DNA of 64,000 nt, from contig JANMQY010000144.1 of the NCBI GenBank assembly GCA_031370785.1, positions 32,001-96,000 of the forward strand, in the 5' to 3' direction. Of the stretch, positions 18,264 to 28,281 are shown in pieces (within the stretch, counting starts at the first letter, position 1; each line of letters starts with the position of its first letter). A model generated the notes under the pieces. The model worked only from the letters and a program-made list of their open reading frames with translations. It did not search any database and was not told the DNA's origin. This DNA is from Candidatus Eiseniibacteriota bacterium. Its GTDB lineage: Bacteria; Eisenbacteria; RBG-16-71-46. The translations under genes were made by a program, and so were the position numbers.

Positions 18264-20930
18264 ATGCCACCGAAGAACCTCGCCGGTCGCCTCGCCGCGG
18301 CGCTCTGCGCTCAGATCCCGGCGCTTGCTCTTGGATTGCTGCTGGTCGCGCCCGCCTGGGCGATCGACCAACTCCCCGCCGACGCCGATCAGGCCTCTCG
18401 CATGCGCGCGATCAAGCAGGTGCAGCGGCAGATGCTGTCCGAGGGGCCGCTGCGGCACATGCGCGCCGCACGCGAATACCGTCAGTGGCTGAAGACGTCG
18501 AAGCGGCACCCGGGCCGGAAGGGCCTCCGCTCGCGCCCGGCCTCCGAAGAGGAAGAGGGCTCGAACCCCTCCGACATGGCTCCTGGGGTCACCGCGCGCT
18601 CCCCGCGCCTCGGCATCGCATCGACGCTGAGCGTGCCTGCGAATGTCCGGGTCAACGACCCGACGAGTGACGGCTCTGGCAACGGCCAGTCCGAGCAGTC
18701 GGTCGCGAGCCGGGGCCAGTACGTGCTCGTCGCCTGGAACGACGGGCTCGGCTTCGTTCCCGCCTCCGGCATGGACAGCCAGGGCTTTGGTTACTCGACC
18801 GACGGCGGCGCCACGTTCGTGGACGGCGGCTACCCGCCGCATCCGACCAGCACCAAGTGGACGAGCGACCCGATCGTCACCGTGAACGAGAAGACCGGCG
18901 AGTTCTACTACTGCGGACTGCTCAGCAACGCCGGCGCCAACCTCGCGGGGATTGGCGTGGTTCGCGCGACGTTCTCGGGATCGACGCTGACCTGGGATAC
19001 GCCGCACGTGGTGCGCACCGTGCCTGCCACCAACAATTTTCTCGACAAGCAGTGGATGGTCGCGGATTCGCTCACCGGGAATCTCTATCTGAGCTACACC
19101 AAGTTCGACGCCTCCGACTCGATCATGTTTCAGCGCTCGACCGATCAGGGAGTGACCTGGGGACCGGTGCTGCAGCTGAGCTCGAACGCGGCGGCGGGCG
19201 CCGTGCAGGGATCCCGCCCGGTCGTTGGCCCCAACGGCGAGGTGTATGTCGTGTGGTCGGAGCTGGGCCCGGTCGACGTCGACTACTTCCGCATCCGCCG
19301 CTCCGTGAACCAGGGCGTGACCTTCACCCCCGAGGCCACGGTGTCCGCGGTGTATGGCAACTTTGGAACGGGTGCGCCCGGATTCAACCGGGAGCGCGGC
19401 ATCACCTTCCCCGCGATCGCGGTGGACCGCACGGCGGGCCCGAATCGCGGGCGCCTCTACGCGACCTGGAATGAGTCGGTGAACTGGTACGACGACGCGC
19501 TCGGCACGGCCGGCAGCAAGGTCGAGGTCGAGCCCAACAACAACACCACCAGCGCCACGGCGACGGTGTTCACTCCCGGCCAGCAGCTACGAGGCGCGTT
19601 CTCAGCCTCGACCGATCCGGACTATTTCCAGTTCGACGCCACCGCGGGCACCACCTACATCTTCTGGTGCGACTCGATTCCGAAGCCGCTCTACACCATG
19701 CGCGTGCTGTGCAGCGACGGCGCCACGCGACTCGCCTATGCCGGCGACGTCAACTCACCGCCGGGCGGCAACGCCTTCATCGTGTGGACCGCGCCCACCA
19801 CCGCGGCGTATTTCCTGCGCATGACCATGCTGTCGGGCTCGGGTTCGCTGACCGGCGGCTATCACATCCTGACTGGCGTGGATGCGCCGAGCGCGGGCGA
19901 GTGGAGCCGCGACGGGCGCGACGTGATGGTCAGGTACTCGGACAACGGCACGGTATGGTCCGCTCCGATCCGCGCCAACGACGACGCCGGGCTGTACGAC
20001 AACTGGCTCCCCGAAGTGGCGGTGGCAGGCGACGGGTGCCCGTATGTGACCTGGCTCGACTGGCGGGACGCGCTGGCCGATTGCGGCGGCAGCTCTCACA
20101 CCTACCTCTCGCGCTCGACCGACGGAGGCGCAACCTGGGCGGCGAACCAGCGGGTGAGCGACGTCACCACCCAGTGGAGCGTGGTCTCCAGCAACATCGC
20201 GCCGAACCAGGGCGACTATCAGGCGCTCTACGCGGGCGGGCGGTCGCTGCGCCCGGCGTGGGCAGACGGTCGCCTCGGCACACCTGACGTCTTCACGACC
20301 GCGCTCGACATCGGTCACGACCTCACCTCGTGCCCCAATGACACGACCGTGGACCACGGCACCGTTCTGCCGCTGACCTTCTCATTCGCCAACCGCAACG
20401 GCGTCTTCGCCAACGACTACACCGTGACGCTGAGCGACCTGCGCGGCTGGCTGGGCGGCGCGCCCTCCATCGTCACCGTCCCCGCGGCCAGCGGCCAGAG
20501 CCTCAACTTCAACGTGACCGTCCCCGACAGCGCAGCCTCCGGCAGCAACCAGCTCTGCCTCAACGTCCTGAACGCCAAAGGCACGCTCGCTGCGACCTGC
20601 TGCGTGCACCTCAACGTCAACGGCGGCATCCTGGCCGTCGGCCCCGGTCAGTTCGCATTCGCGCTCCACCAGAGCCGCCCCAACCCGGCAATTGGCCAGA
20701 GCCACCTGAGCTTCACCCTACCGAGCTCGGGACCAGTGCGACTCGAGGTCTACGGTCTCCGCGGAGAGCGCATCCGCACGCTGGTCAACGCCTCGCTCCC
20801 CGCCGGACAGCACAGCACGCTGTGGGACGGCCGCGACGACCACGGCAATCGCGTCGCCGCCGGCACCTACTTCTACCGGTTGCAAGGCTCGGGACGCGTC
20901 GCGACCCAGCGCATGGTGTTCCTGCCGTAA
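18264..20930 (+). CDS. Paralogous secreted Asp-box propeller protein with Ig-like and FlgD-Ig-like C-terminal domains
   Basis: GGAGG SD, signal peptide, shared motifs (SDP, DKQWM, GAPGFNR, SNIAPNQGDY); RPNP..WDGRDDHGNRVAAGTYFYRL. Confidence 0.85.
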   Translation: MPPKNLAGRLAAALCAQIPALALGLLLVAPAWAIDQLPADADQASRMRAIKQVQRQMLSEGPLRHMRAAREYRQWLKTSKRHPGRKGLRSRPASEEEEGSNPSDMAPGVTARSPRLGIASTLSVPANVRVNDPTSDGSGNGQSEQSVASRGQYVLVAWNDGLGFVPASGMDSQGFGYSTDGGATFVDGGYPPHPTSTKWTSDPIVTVNEKTGEFYYCGLLSNAGANLAGIGVVRATFSGSTLTWDTPHVVRTVPATNNFLDKQWMVADSLTGNLYLSYTKFDASDSIMFQRSTDQGVTWGPVLQLSSNAAAGAVQGSRPVVGPNGEVYVVWSELGPVDVDYFRIRRSVNQGVTFTPEATVSAVYGNFGTGAPGFNRERGITFPAIAVDRTAGPNRGRLYATWNESVNWYDDALGTAGSKVEVEPNNNTTSATATVFTPGQQLRGAFSASTDPDYFQFDATAGTTYIFWCDSIPKPLYTMRVLCSDGATRLAYAGDVNSPPGGNAFIVWTAPTTAAYFLRMTMLSGSGSLTGGYHILTGVDAPSAGEWSRDGRDVMVRYSDNGTVWSAPIRANDDAGLYDNWLPEVAVAGDGCPYVTWLDWRDALADCGGSSHTYLSRSTDGGATWAANQRVSDVTTQWSVVSSNIAPNQGDYQALYAGGRSLRPAWADGRLGTPDVFTTALDIGHDLTSCPNDTTVDHGTVLPLTFSFANRNGVFANDYTVTLSDLRGWLGGAPSIVTVPAASGQSLNFNVTVPDSAASGSNQLCLNVLNAKGTLAATCCVHLNVNGGILAVGPGQFAFALHQSRPNPAIGQSHLSFTLPSSGPVRLEVYGLRGERIRTLVNASLPAGQHSTLWDGRDDHGNRVAAGTYFYRLQGSGRVATQRMVFLP

Positions 20931-20965
20931 AAGAGGCGCCGATACGGCGCAGCATTCATTCACAT

Positions 20966-21000
20966 GACGGACCGGTGTCGCTCGCCGGTCCGTTTTGCTT
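20966..21000 (+). terminator. Rho-independent terminator
   Basis: ACGGACCGG / CCGGTCCGT stem followed by TTTGCTT. Confidence 0.75.
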
Positions 21001-21035
21001 TCCCGCCTGGCTCCTGCACTGAATCAAAAAAACCA

Positions 21036-21089
21036 TTGACGCGCCAGACGGTATGCAGTTTTATGCACATTGTCGAATAGTTATTCATC
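21036..21089 (+). promoter_or_regulatory. arg operon promoter with tandem ARG boxes
   Basis: TTGACG at 21036; box cores TGCAGTTTTATGCA (21054-21067) and CGAATAGTTATTCA (21074-21087); 18-mers 2 nt apart. Confidence 0.8.
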
Positions 21090-21107
21090 GCCTTCGGAGG
21101 GCATTCC

Positions 21108-21584
21108 GTGTCTCGTTCTCGACGTCTCACACTGCTTGCACGGCTATTGTCGGGCGGGCGGTTCGGGAATCAGGAGGAGCTCGCTAGGGCGCTGGGGCGT
21201 GAGGGTGTGCATGTCACTCAGGCGACCCTGTCGCGCGACCTCCGGAGTCTCGGGGTGGGCAAGCGGCCGGACGCGGACGGTCATGCGGCGTACGAGCTTC
21301 CCGGGCCTGCGAGCGAGACGCTGGATCGTGAGCGGCAGCTGCTCGATCTCAAAGCGTTCGTGAACGAGGTGCGGGTCGCGCAGAACCTGGTGGTGGTGCG
21401 CACGCCGCCCGGGCATGCGAATGGCGTGGCACGCGCGATCGACCTGGCCAACTTCGAGAACATCGTGGGCTCGGTGGCCGGCGACGACACGGTGCTGGTG
21501 GTGATGGCGGATCTGGCGGCAGCGAAGCGCATCAAGCGCCATCTCGACGGCGTCGCCAGCCGGACGGCCGGGAGCGCCAAGTGA
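21108..21584 (+). CDS. argR: Arginine repressor
   Basis: [30 protein letters not shown]. Confidence 0.95.
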   Translation: MSRSRRLTLLARLLSGGRFGNQEELARALGREGVHVTQATLSRDLRSLGVGKRPDADGHAAYELPGPASETLDRERQLLDLKAFVNEVRVAQNLVVVRTPPGHANGVARAIDLANFENIVGSVAGDDTVLVVMADLAAAKRIKRHLDGVASRTAGSAK

Positions 21585-22669
21585 CGCCCGCTCAGGCGGC
21601 GCTCGACGATCCCGCGGTCGTCGCTCCGCGGCGCGACCGGGAACGGGCGCGCATCGCCGTGCTCGGCGCCAGCGGTTACGCCGGCCAGGAGTTCGCACGG
21701 CTTTCGCTGGCGCACGACGGGCTCCAGCTCGCGCTGCTGTGCTCGCGCGAACACGCCGGTCAGCCGGCGGGTGTGATCCTGTCCGGGCTCGACCCGAGAG
21801 TGGGCGAGCTGCCTCCGGTCGCCGATCCGTCCGACCTGCCCGCGCTCGCGCGCGACGGCGCGTTCGACACGCTGGTCACCTGCCTGCCGCACGGGGCCTG
21901 GCTCGCGCTCACCGAGCAGCAGCCTTCGCTGGCCGAGCTGCCGATGCGCATCGTGGATTTCTCTTCGGACTTCCGCGACGGAGCCGGAATCGGCGGCGCG
22001 GAGGGCTACACGTACGGCCTCCCCGAGGCGTTTCGCGACTCGATTGCCTCCGCGACCCGGATCGCGAATCCCGGCTGCTATCCAACCGCGGCAACCCTCG
22101 CGCTTTTGCCCGCGCTCGAGTCCGGCTGGCTCGACGATCCGGTGATGGTGAGTGCGCTCTCGGGCGTCAGCGGCGCAGGGCGCGCCGCGCACCTGCGGAC
22201 CTCGTTCGTGGAGCTGGAGGGCGGCGCCGCCCTGTATCGCGCCGGCACCGAACATGCTCACGTCGCGGAGATGGAGCGCACCTTCGAGCGCCTCACCCAC
22301 GCCCCGATGGCGGTCGGCTTCGCGCCGCAGCTCGCCCCGATGGCGCGCGGGATCCTGCTTACCGCGACCGCGCCGCTTGCGGTCGCAGTGAGCCCGGCCG
22401 AAGCGCACGAGGCGTATCGGCGGCGCTACGCGACCGAGCCGTTCGTGCGCGTTCTCGACCGCGGACAGTGGCCCGAGACCCGCGCGGTCCGTTCCAGCAA
22501 TCGCTGCGACGTGGCGGTCACGACACTGCACGGCGGGCGGACCCTGCTCGCGACCGCGGCGCTCGACAACCTGGTCAAGGGCGCCGCAGGTCAGGCGGTC
22601 CAGAATCTGAACCTGCTGCTGGGCTGGCCCGAAGAGTGGGGACTGCCGCGCCACGGGAGCCCGTGGTGA
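21581..22669 (+). CDS. argC: N-acetyl-gamma-glutamyl-phosphate reductase
   Basis: [39 protein letters not shown]. Confidence 0.95.
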   Translation: MTPAQAALDDPAVVAPRRDRERARIAVLGASGYAGQEFARLSLAHDGLQLALLCSREHAGQPAGVILSGLDPRVGELPPVADPSDLPALARDGAFDTLVTCLPHGAWLALTEQQPSLAELPMRIVDFSSDFRDGAGIGGAEGYTYGLPEAFRDSIASATRIANPGCYPTAATLALLPALESGWLDDPVMVSALSGVSGAGRAAHLRTSFVELEGGAALYRAGTEHAHVAEMERTFERLTHAPMAVGFAPQLAPMARGILLTATAPLAVAVSPAEAHEAYRRRYATEPFVRVLDRGQWPETRAVRSSNRCDVAVTTLHGGRTLLATAALDNLVKGAAGQAVQNLNLLLGWPEEWGLPRHGSPW

Positions 22670-23505
22670 CGAACCGGTCACGGCGGATCGTGATCAAGAT
22701 CGGCGGTCGTGCGCTCGAGGCCGGTCGCGCGATTGACGAGCTTGCCGGCGAACTCGCGCTCCTTCCGGGCGAAGTCGTGCTCGTGCACGGCGGCGGCAGC
22801 GAGGTCAGTGCGTGGTGCGAGAGGCTGGGAATCGAGCCGCGCTTCGAGAACGGCCTGCGCGTCACCGACGCCGCCACGCTCGAGGTCGCGGCGGCGGTGC
22901 TCGCCGGGCTCGCCAACAAGCGCCTCGTGGCCGGGCTGCGCGCGCGCGGCGTCGATGCGGTCGGGCTGACCGCGCTCGATGGCGGGATCGTCGAGGCGCG
23001 CCCGCATTCCGCGGCCGCGCGCCTCGGGGAAGTCGGCACGGTCGCTCGAGTCCACCCGGCGCTGCTCGAAACGCTGCTCGGACAGAGCGGCCTCCCGGTG
23101 CTCGCCAGTCTCGGAGCGTTCGAGGGGCGCCTGCTCAACCTCAACGCCGACGATCTCGCCGCCGCCCTGGCTTCGGCGCTGCGTGCGAGCGCTTTGGTTC
23201 TGCTCAGCGACGTGCCCGGCGTCCAGCTCGAAGGGAAGCTGGTGGATCATATCGGCCGGGACGATCTGGACCGCGTGATCGAGGGCCCCGGGGTCACTGG
23301 CGGGATGTTGGCCAAGCTCATCGCTTCCCGCTCCGCGCTCGATGATGGCGTCGCTCGCGTGCACATCGCGGCCTGGCAGGGCGCGGGCACCTTGCGCGAC
23401 ATCATCGCCGGAGCGGGCGTCAGCACGACGCTCGCCACCACGACCCCGAAGGTTGATCGGCTTCACGGCGTCACCGCATCGAGCGGCGTGGGAGACCACG
23501 CGTGA
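22666..23505 (+). CDS. argB: Acetylglutamate kinase
   Basis: VIKIGG, VHGGG, GLRVTD, NLNAD, SDVPGV, GGMLAK; GTGA overlap. Confidence 0.95.
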   Translation: MTNRSRRIVIKIGGRALEAGRAIDELAGELALLPGEVVLVHGGGSEVSAWCERLGIEPRFENGLRVTDAATLEVAAAVLAGLANKRLVAGLRARGVDAVGLTALDGGIVEARPHSAAARLGEVGTVARVHPALLETLLGQSGLPVLASLGAFEGRLLNLNADDLAAALASALRASALVLLSDVPGVQLEGKLVDHIGRDDLDRVIEGPGVTGGMLAKLIASRSALDDGVARVHIAAWQGAGTLRDIIAGAGVSTTLATTTPKVDRLHGVTASSGVGDHA

Positions 23506-24896
23506 ACGACCCGATGACCACGCCCGAAGCGCCGATCGCATCCGGCACGCCGCCGACCGGGTCGTCCGCGTTGCCGCAGGCCGCGGATTCCGCGTCGTCC
23601 GCGGCTTCCGCTGCGACCGCGGCCGCATCCGCCGAGCGCCTGCCGGGATTCGCCCACGACGAGCTCGGGCGGTTCGCGCCGCTCTATCCGCTGCCGCGCC
23701 TCGAAATCGTGTCGGGGCGTGGGGCGTGGGTGCGCGATGTGACCGGCCTTGAGTATCTCGACTTCGTGAGCGGAATCGCGGTCAACGCACTCGGCCACGC
23801 GCCACCCGGGCTCGCCCGCGCGGTCTCTCGCCAGATGAAATCGCTGGGGCAGATCTCGAACCTGTTCGCGAACCGGCCCGCGATCGAGCTCGCCGAGCGG
23901 CTGCTCGCGCTCACCGGCTACGAACAGGTGTTCTTCTGCAACAGCGGCGCCGAGGGCGTCGAGACCGCGCTCAAGTTCGCCCGCGTGCGGGCGCGTGCGC
24001 TCGGCCTCGGGCCCGGCGGCACCGCACGCGACGTTCTCGCATTCCGGGGCGGCTTTCACGGGCGCACCGCCTTCGCGCTCTCGGCCACCTGGACGCCGTC
24101 GTATCGCGAGCCATTCGAGCCGCTCATGCCCGGCGTGCGCTTCGCCGACTTCAACGATGTCGCCTCGCTCAGTAACGTGCTCGACGAGAACGTCGCGGCG
24201 GTGATCGTGGAGCCGGTGCAGGGCGAAGGCGGGGCGATTCCGGCCCGCCGCGAATTCCTCGAGGCGTTGCGCGCGCGCACCCGGGCGCTCGGCGTCGCGC
24301 TGATCTTCGATGAGGTGCAGTGCGGCATGGGACGCTGCGGTCGCCTGCTCGCAGCCGAGCACTATGGCGTGGCCGCCGACATGACCGTGATGAGCAAGGC
24401 GCTGGGTGGAGGCTTCCCGCTCGCAGCGGTGCTGATGCGCGCCGACACGGCCGCGGCGCTCCAGCCCGGAATGCATGGATGCACGTTCGGCGGCGGCCCC
24501 GTCGCTTCGGTCGCCGCGCGCTTCGTGCTGGAGAAGGTCAGCCGTCCCGCCTTTCTCGCCCGGGTGAGGCGCACCGGGCGTTCCCTTGCCGCCTCGCTCT
24601 CGGACCTGGTCGCGCGCCATCCGTCGCTCAGCGGCGCGCACGGGCTCGGGCTGCTGCAGGCGATCGAGCTTTCGGCCGCCGCGCCGTTCGATGCGCCGGC
24701 TCTGGTGCGCGCGGCGCGCGATCAGGGTCTGCTGCTGGTGCGCGCCGGCGACAGATCGGTGCGGCTGCTGCCACCGCTCAACCTGACCCACGACGAGCTC
24801 GCCGAGGCGATCGCGCGTCTCGAGCGGGCGCTGGCCTCGCTCGAGGCCCGGCCCCGCGAGGGAGAGGGTGCGGGAGAGGGAGTGAGAACCACGTGA
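23502..24896 (+). CDS. argD: Acetylornithine aminotransferase
   Basis: GIAVNALGH, NSGAE, FHGRT, EPVQGEGG, DEVQCG, SKALGGG. Confidence 0.93.
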   Translation: MNDPMTTPEAPIASGTPPTGSSALPQAADSASSAASAATAAASAERLPGFAHDELGRFAPLYPLPRLEIVSGRGAWVRDVTGLEYLDFVSGIAVNALGHAPPGLARAVSRQMKSLGQISNLFANRPAIELAERLLALTGYEQVFFCNSGAEGVETALKFARVRARALGLGPGGTARDVLAFRGGFHGRTAFALSATWTPSYREPFEPLMPGVRFADFNDVASLSNVLDENVAAVIVEPVQGEGGAIPARREFLEALRARTRALGVALIFDEVQCGMGRCGRLLAAEHYGVAADMTVMSKALGGGFPLAAVLMRADTAAALQPGMHGCTFGGGPVASVAARFVLEKVSRPAFLARVRRTGRSLAASLSDLVARHPSLSGAHGLGLLQAIELSAAAPFDAPALVRAARDQGLLLVRAGDRSVRLLPPLNLTHDELAEAIARLERALASLEARPREGEGAGEGVRTT

Positions 24897-26152
24897 AGAA
24901 GGCGAATGTGCGCAAGGCGGTGCTCGCGTACTCGGGCGGGCTCGACACCAGCATCATCGTGCACTGGCTGAAGGAGAACTACGGCTGCGAGGTGGTGTGC
25001 TACTGCAGCGATGTCGGCCAGGGTGCCGAGCTGCATGGCCTCGAGGCCCGCGCGCGCCAGCTCGGCGCCAGCGAAGTGGTGGTCGAAGACCTGCGCGTGC
25101 CGTTCCTGCGCGACTTCGCATTCCCCGCGCTGCGCGCCGGCGCGGTGTACGAAGGTCGCTACCTGCTCGGCACCGCGCTCGCGCGCCCGCTGATCGCCTC
25201 GCGCCAGGTGTGGTGCGCGGAGCGCGTGGCGGCCGATGCGCTCGCCCATGGTTGCACCGGCAAGGGCAACGATCAGGTGCGTTTCGAGCTCACCTATCAG
25301 GCGCTCGCGCCCCAGCTCACGGTGATCGCGCCGTGGCGCGAGTGGGACATCGTCTCGCGCGAGGACGCGATTGTCTACGCCGAGAAGCACAGGATCCCGC
25401 TGACCGTGTCGAAGGGCGATCTCTACTCGCGCGATGCGAACCTGTGGCACCTCTCGCACGAGGGCGGACCGCTCGAAGATCCTGCCGTGCCCGCGCCCGA
25501 AGCCATGTACCGACTCACGCAATCGCCCGAGCAGCAGCCGACGCGGCCCGAAATGGTGACCGTCGGGTTCGAAGCGGGACGCCCGGTCCGGCTCAACGGC
25601 AGCGCGCTCGGAGCAGTCGAGTTGGTGGAGGATCTGAACACACTCGCCGGCCTCCACGGCGTCGGCCGTGCCGACCTGGTCGAGAGCCGCCTCGTGGGCA
25701 TGAAGTCGCGCGGCGTGTACGAGACGCCGGCCGGCACCGTGCTTCACGAGGCGCTCGAGGACCTGTGCCGACTCACCATGCCGCACGACCTGCTGCGCAC
25801 GAGGGCCGAGCTCGCGCCGCGCATGGCCGATCTGATCTACGCCGGCCTGTGGTTCACCCCGCTGCGCCGCGCGCTGCAGGCGTTCGTGGACACCGCGCTC
25901 CAGTCGGCGACCGGGGATGTGACGGTCGAGCTGTTCCACGGCCAGGCGCGCGCAGTGGCGCGCACCAGCAGCCAGTCGCTCTACCGTCCCGACCTCGCCT
26001 CGTTCGACATGACTGGCTACGACGCGAAGCACGCCGAGGGATTCATCAAGCTGTTCGGGTTGCCGCTGGTCGCGGTCGCGCAGCGCGGGCAGAACGCCGG
26101 GGAACCGGTCGATGGCGGCGGTGAGCCGCTCGAGGTGAATCGTGGCCGATGA
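24893..26152 (+). CDS. argG: Argininosuccinate synthase
   Basis: LAYSGGLDTS, GCTGKGNDQVRFE, GMKSRGVYETP. Confidence 0.97.
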   Translation: MKKANVRKAVLAYSGGLDTSIIVHWLKENYGCEVVCYCSDVGQGAELHGLEARARQLGASEVVVEDLRVPFLRDFAFPALRAGAVYEGRYLLGTALARPLIASRQVWCAERVAADALAHGCTGKGNDQVRFELTYQALAPQLTVIAPWREWDIVSREDAIVYAEKHRIPLTVSKGDLYSRDANLWHLSHEGGPLEDPAVPAPEAMYRLTQSPEQQPTRPEMVTVGFEAGRPVRLNGSALGAVELVEDLNTLAGLHGVGRADLVESRLVGMKSRGVYETPAGTVLHEALEDLCRLTMPHDLLRTRAELAPRMADLIYAGLWFTPLRRALQAFVDTALQSATGDVTVELFHGQARAVARTSSQSLYRPDLASFDMTGYDAKHAEGFIKLFGLPLVAVAQRGQNAGEPVDGGGEPLEVNRGR

Positions 26153-28268
26153 GCGGCCCGTCGTGGCCGGCGAACCGAAGATCGGGAAAGACGCGCCCGA
26201 GGTGACGCCCGAAGTCTGGCGCGCGCGCCTTGCGATTCCGCTCGATCCTCGCGCGCGTGTCCTCAACGACTCGTTGCCGGTCGACCAGCGCCTGTGGCCG
26301 GAGGAACTCGCGTTGTCGCGCGCCTACGCCGAGACGCTCGCCGAGTGCGGCGTGCTTCTCCCGGCCGAGCTGGAAGCACTGGTCGGCGCGTGCTCGACGC
26401 TTGGCGACGATCTCGCGCATGGCCGCGTCACGCTCGAGGGCGAGGACGTGCACTCGGCGGTCGAAGCCGAGCTGACCCGGCGCTGCGGCGATCCCGCGCG
26501 ACGGCTGCACACCGGGCGCAGCCGCAACGATCAGGTGAGCACGCTCACCCGGCTTCACGTCATGCAGCTGTGCGACAGCGCGGTCGAAGGTGTGCGCGAG
26601 CTGGAGCGCGCGCTGGTCGGTCAGGCGCGCGCCTCGGCGGACCGCGCGGTCGCCGCGCACACCCACATGCAGCCGGCGCAGCCGGTGCTGCTCGCGCAGC
26701 TCTGGCTCGCACACGCGCACGCACTCGAGCGCGATCAGACCCGCTTCGAAGCGGCGCGGGAAGCGGCCGATCGCATGCCGCTCGGCGCGGGAGCGGTCGC
26801 GGGAACACCGCTCGTCTACGACCGCCTCGCACTGGCGCAGAGGCTCGGGTTCTCGCGCCTGGCCGAGAACAGCGTGGATGCGGTCGGCGACCGCGACTTC
26901 GCGCTCGAATACCTGGGCGCGGCCGCGGTGCTGGGCGTTCACCTGTCGCGCCTCGCGGAGGATCTGGTGCTGTGGTGCGCGCCGGCGTTCGGCTGGTTCG
27001 TCGCGCCCGACGGGTTCTCGACCGGTTCGAGCCTGCTGCCGCAGAAACGCAATCCCGACGTGTTCGAGCTCGCGCGCGGCAAGAGCGCGCGCCTGATCGC
27101 CAACGCACAGCGCCTGGCGATCGTGCTCAAGGGACTTCCCTCCGCGTATCAGAAGGATCTGCAGGAGGACAAGGAAGCGCTGTTCGACACCGAGGACACG
27201 CTCGGGGCCCTGCTCGAAGCGCTGCCGCCCGCGATCGACGCGCTCGAGCCGAACGACCGGCGGATGGCCGAAAGCCTGACGCCCGATCTGCTCGCGGTCG
27301 AGCTGGCCGACGCGCTGGTGGCCGAGGGCGTCCCGTTCCGCGACGCGCACGCGGCGGTCGGGCGACTGTGGGCGCTCGCCGAAGTGCGCGGCGTCGCGCC
27401 CGCGGCGCTGGCGCTGGCCGATCGGCTCGAGCTGTCGCCTCATTTCACCGATCCGCGGATGGCTTCGCTCACCGTCGAGTCCGCGCTCGCGCGACGCTCG
27501 CACGCACCGGGCGCGGGTCACGCCTCGGTCGCGGCCCAGCTTGCGCGCCTCGAGGCCCGGCTCGGCCTCGGCCCTGGGGAGGCGGAAGAGACCGCCATGG
27601 AGGAAGCGGCAATGCCTGCGTCGAGCACGCCCGCTTCCTCCAGCTCGTCGCGCGCCGCGTCGCACGTGGCGGCGAAGTCGACGGCCGCGACCCGCGACTC
27701 CAGCGGGAGTGATCCCCAGTTGCGCCGGGCGACGCTGGACGACGTGCCAGGCATCGCGCGCATCATGGCCGGCTACGTGGCCGAGGGCGTGCTGCTGCCA
27801 CGCCCGGTCGGCGAGCTGTTCCAGTGCATCCGCGAGTTCCACGTCGCGATCTCGGGCGGCGAAGTGGTCGGCTGCGCCGCGCTGCGCCTGCTGTGGAATG
27901 ACCTCGGCGAGGTGCGCTCGCTCGCGGTGCGCCCGGACTTCCACGGCCGCGGGCTCGGAGCGCAGCTGGTGCAGGCGGTGCTCGACGATGCGCGCGCGCT
28001 CGACCTGCCGCGGGTGATCGCGCTCACCCGCGAGGTGCCGTTCTTCGAACGCAACGGTTTCATCGTGACCTCGCGTGACCTGCTGCCGCGCAAGGTGTGG
28101 TCGGACTGCGTGCGCTGCCCGAAGCGTCACGCATGCGACGAAGTGGCGGTCGTGCTCGATCTCGTGCCCGGCGCTTCCGAAGCTGCGGCCGCGGCGGCGC
28201 GCTCGTGGCTGCTCCCGATTCCGCAGCTGGCCCGTCCCGAAGCCCCCGCGCTTCCCCTCATTTCCTAG
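26142..28268 (+). CDS. argH: Argininosuccinate lyase fused to C-terminal GNAT (short ArgA-type N-acetylglutamate synthase)
   Basis: HTGRSRNDQ, GSSLLPQKRNP, YQKDLQEDKE; Ala/Ser linker; GEVRSLAV..GRGLG..KVWSDCVRCPK..CDE. Confidence 0.9.
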   Translation: MADERPVVAGEPKIGKDAPEVTPEVWRARLAIPLDPRARVLNDSLPVDQRLWPEELALSRAYAETLAECGVLLPAELEALVGACSTLGDDLAHGRVTLEGEDVHSAVEAELTRRCGDPARRLHTGRSRNDQVSTLTRLHVMQLCDSAVEGVRELERALVGQARASADRAVAAHTHMQPAQPVLLAQLWLAHAHALERDQTRFEAAREAADRMPLGAGAVAGTPLVYDRLALAQRLGFSRLAENSVDAVGDRDFALEYLGAAAVLGVHLSRLAEDLVLWCAPAFGWFVAPDGFSTGSSLLPQKRNPDVFELARGKSARLIANAQRLAIVLKGLPSAYQKDLQEDKEALFDTEDTLGALLEALPPAIDALEPNDRRMAESLTPDLLAVELADALVAEGVPFRDAHAAVGRLWALAEVRGVAPAALALADRLELSPHFTDPRMASLTVESALARRSHAPGAGHASVAAQLARLEARLGLGPGEAEETAMEEAAMPASSTPASSSSSRAASHVAAKSTAATRDSSGSDPQLRRATLDDVPGIARIMAGYVAEGVLLPRPVGELFQCIREFHVAISGGEVVGCAALRLLWNDLGEVRSLAVRPDFHGRGLGAQLVQAVLDDARALDLPRVIALTREVPFFERNGFIVTSRDLLPRKVWSDCVRCPKRHACDEVAVVLDLVPGASEAAAAAARSWLLPIPQLARPEAPALPLIS

Positions 28269-28281
28269 GAGGATTCTTCAG

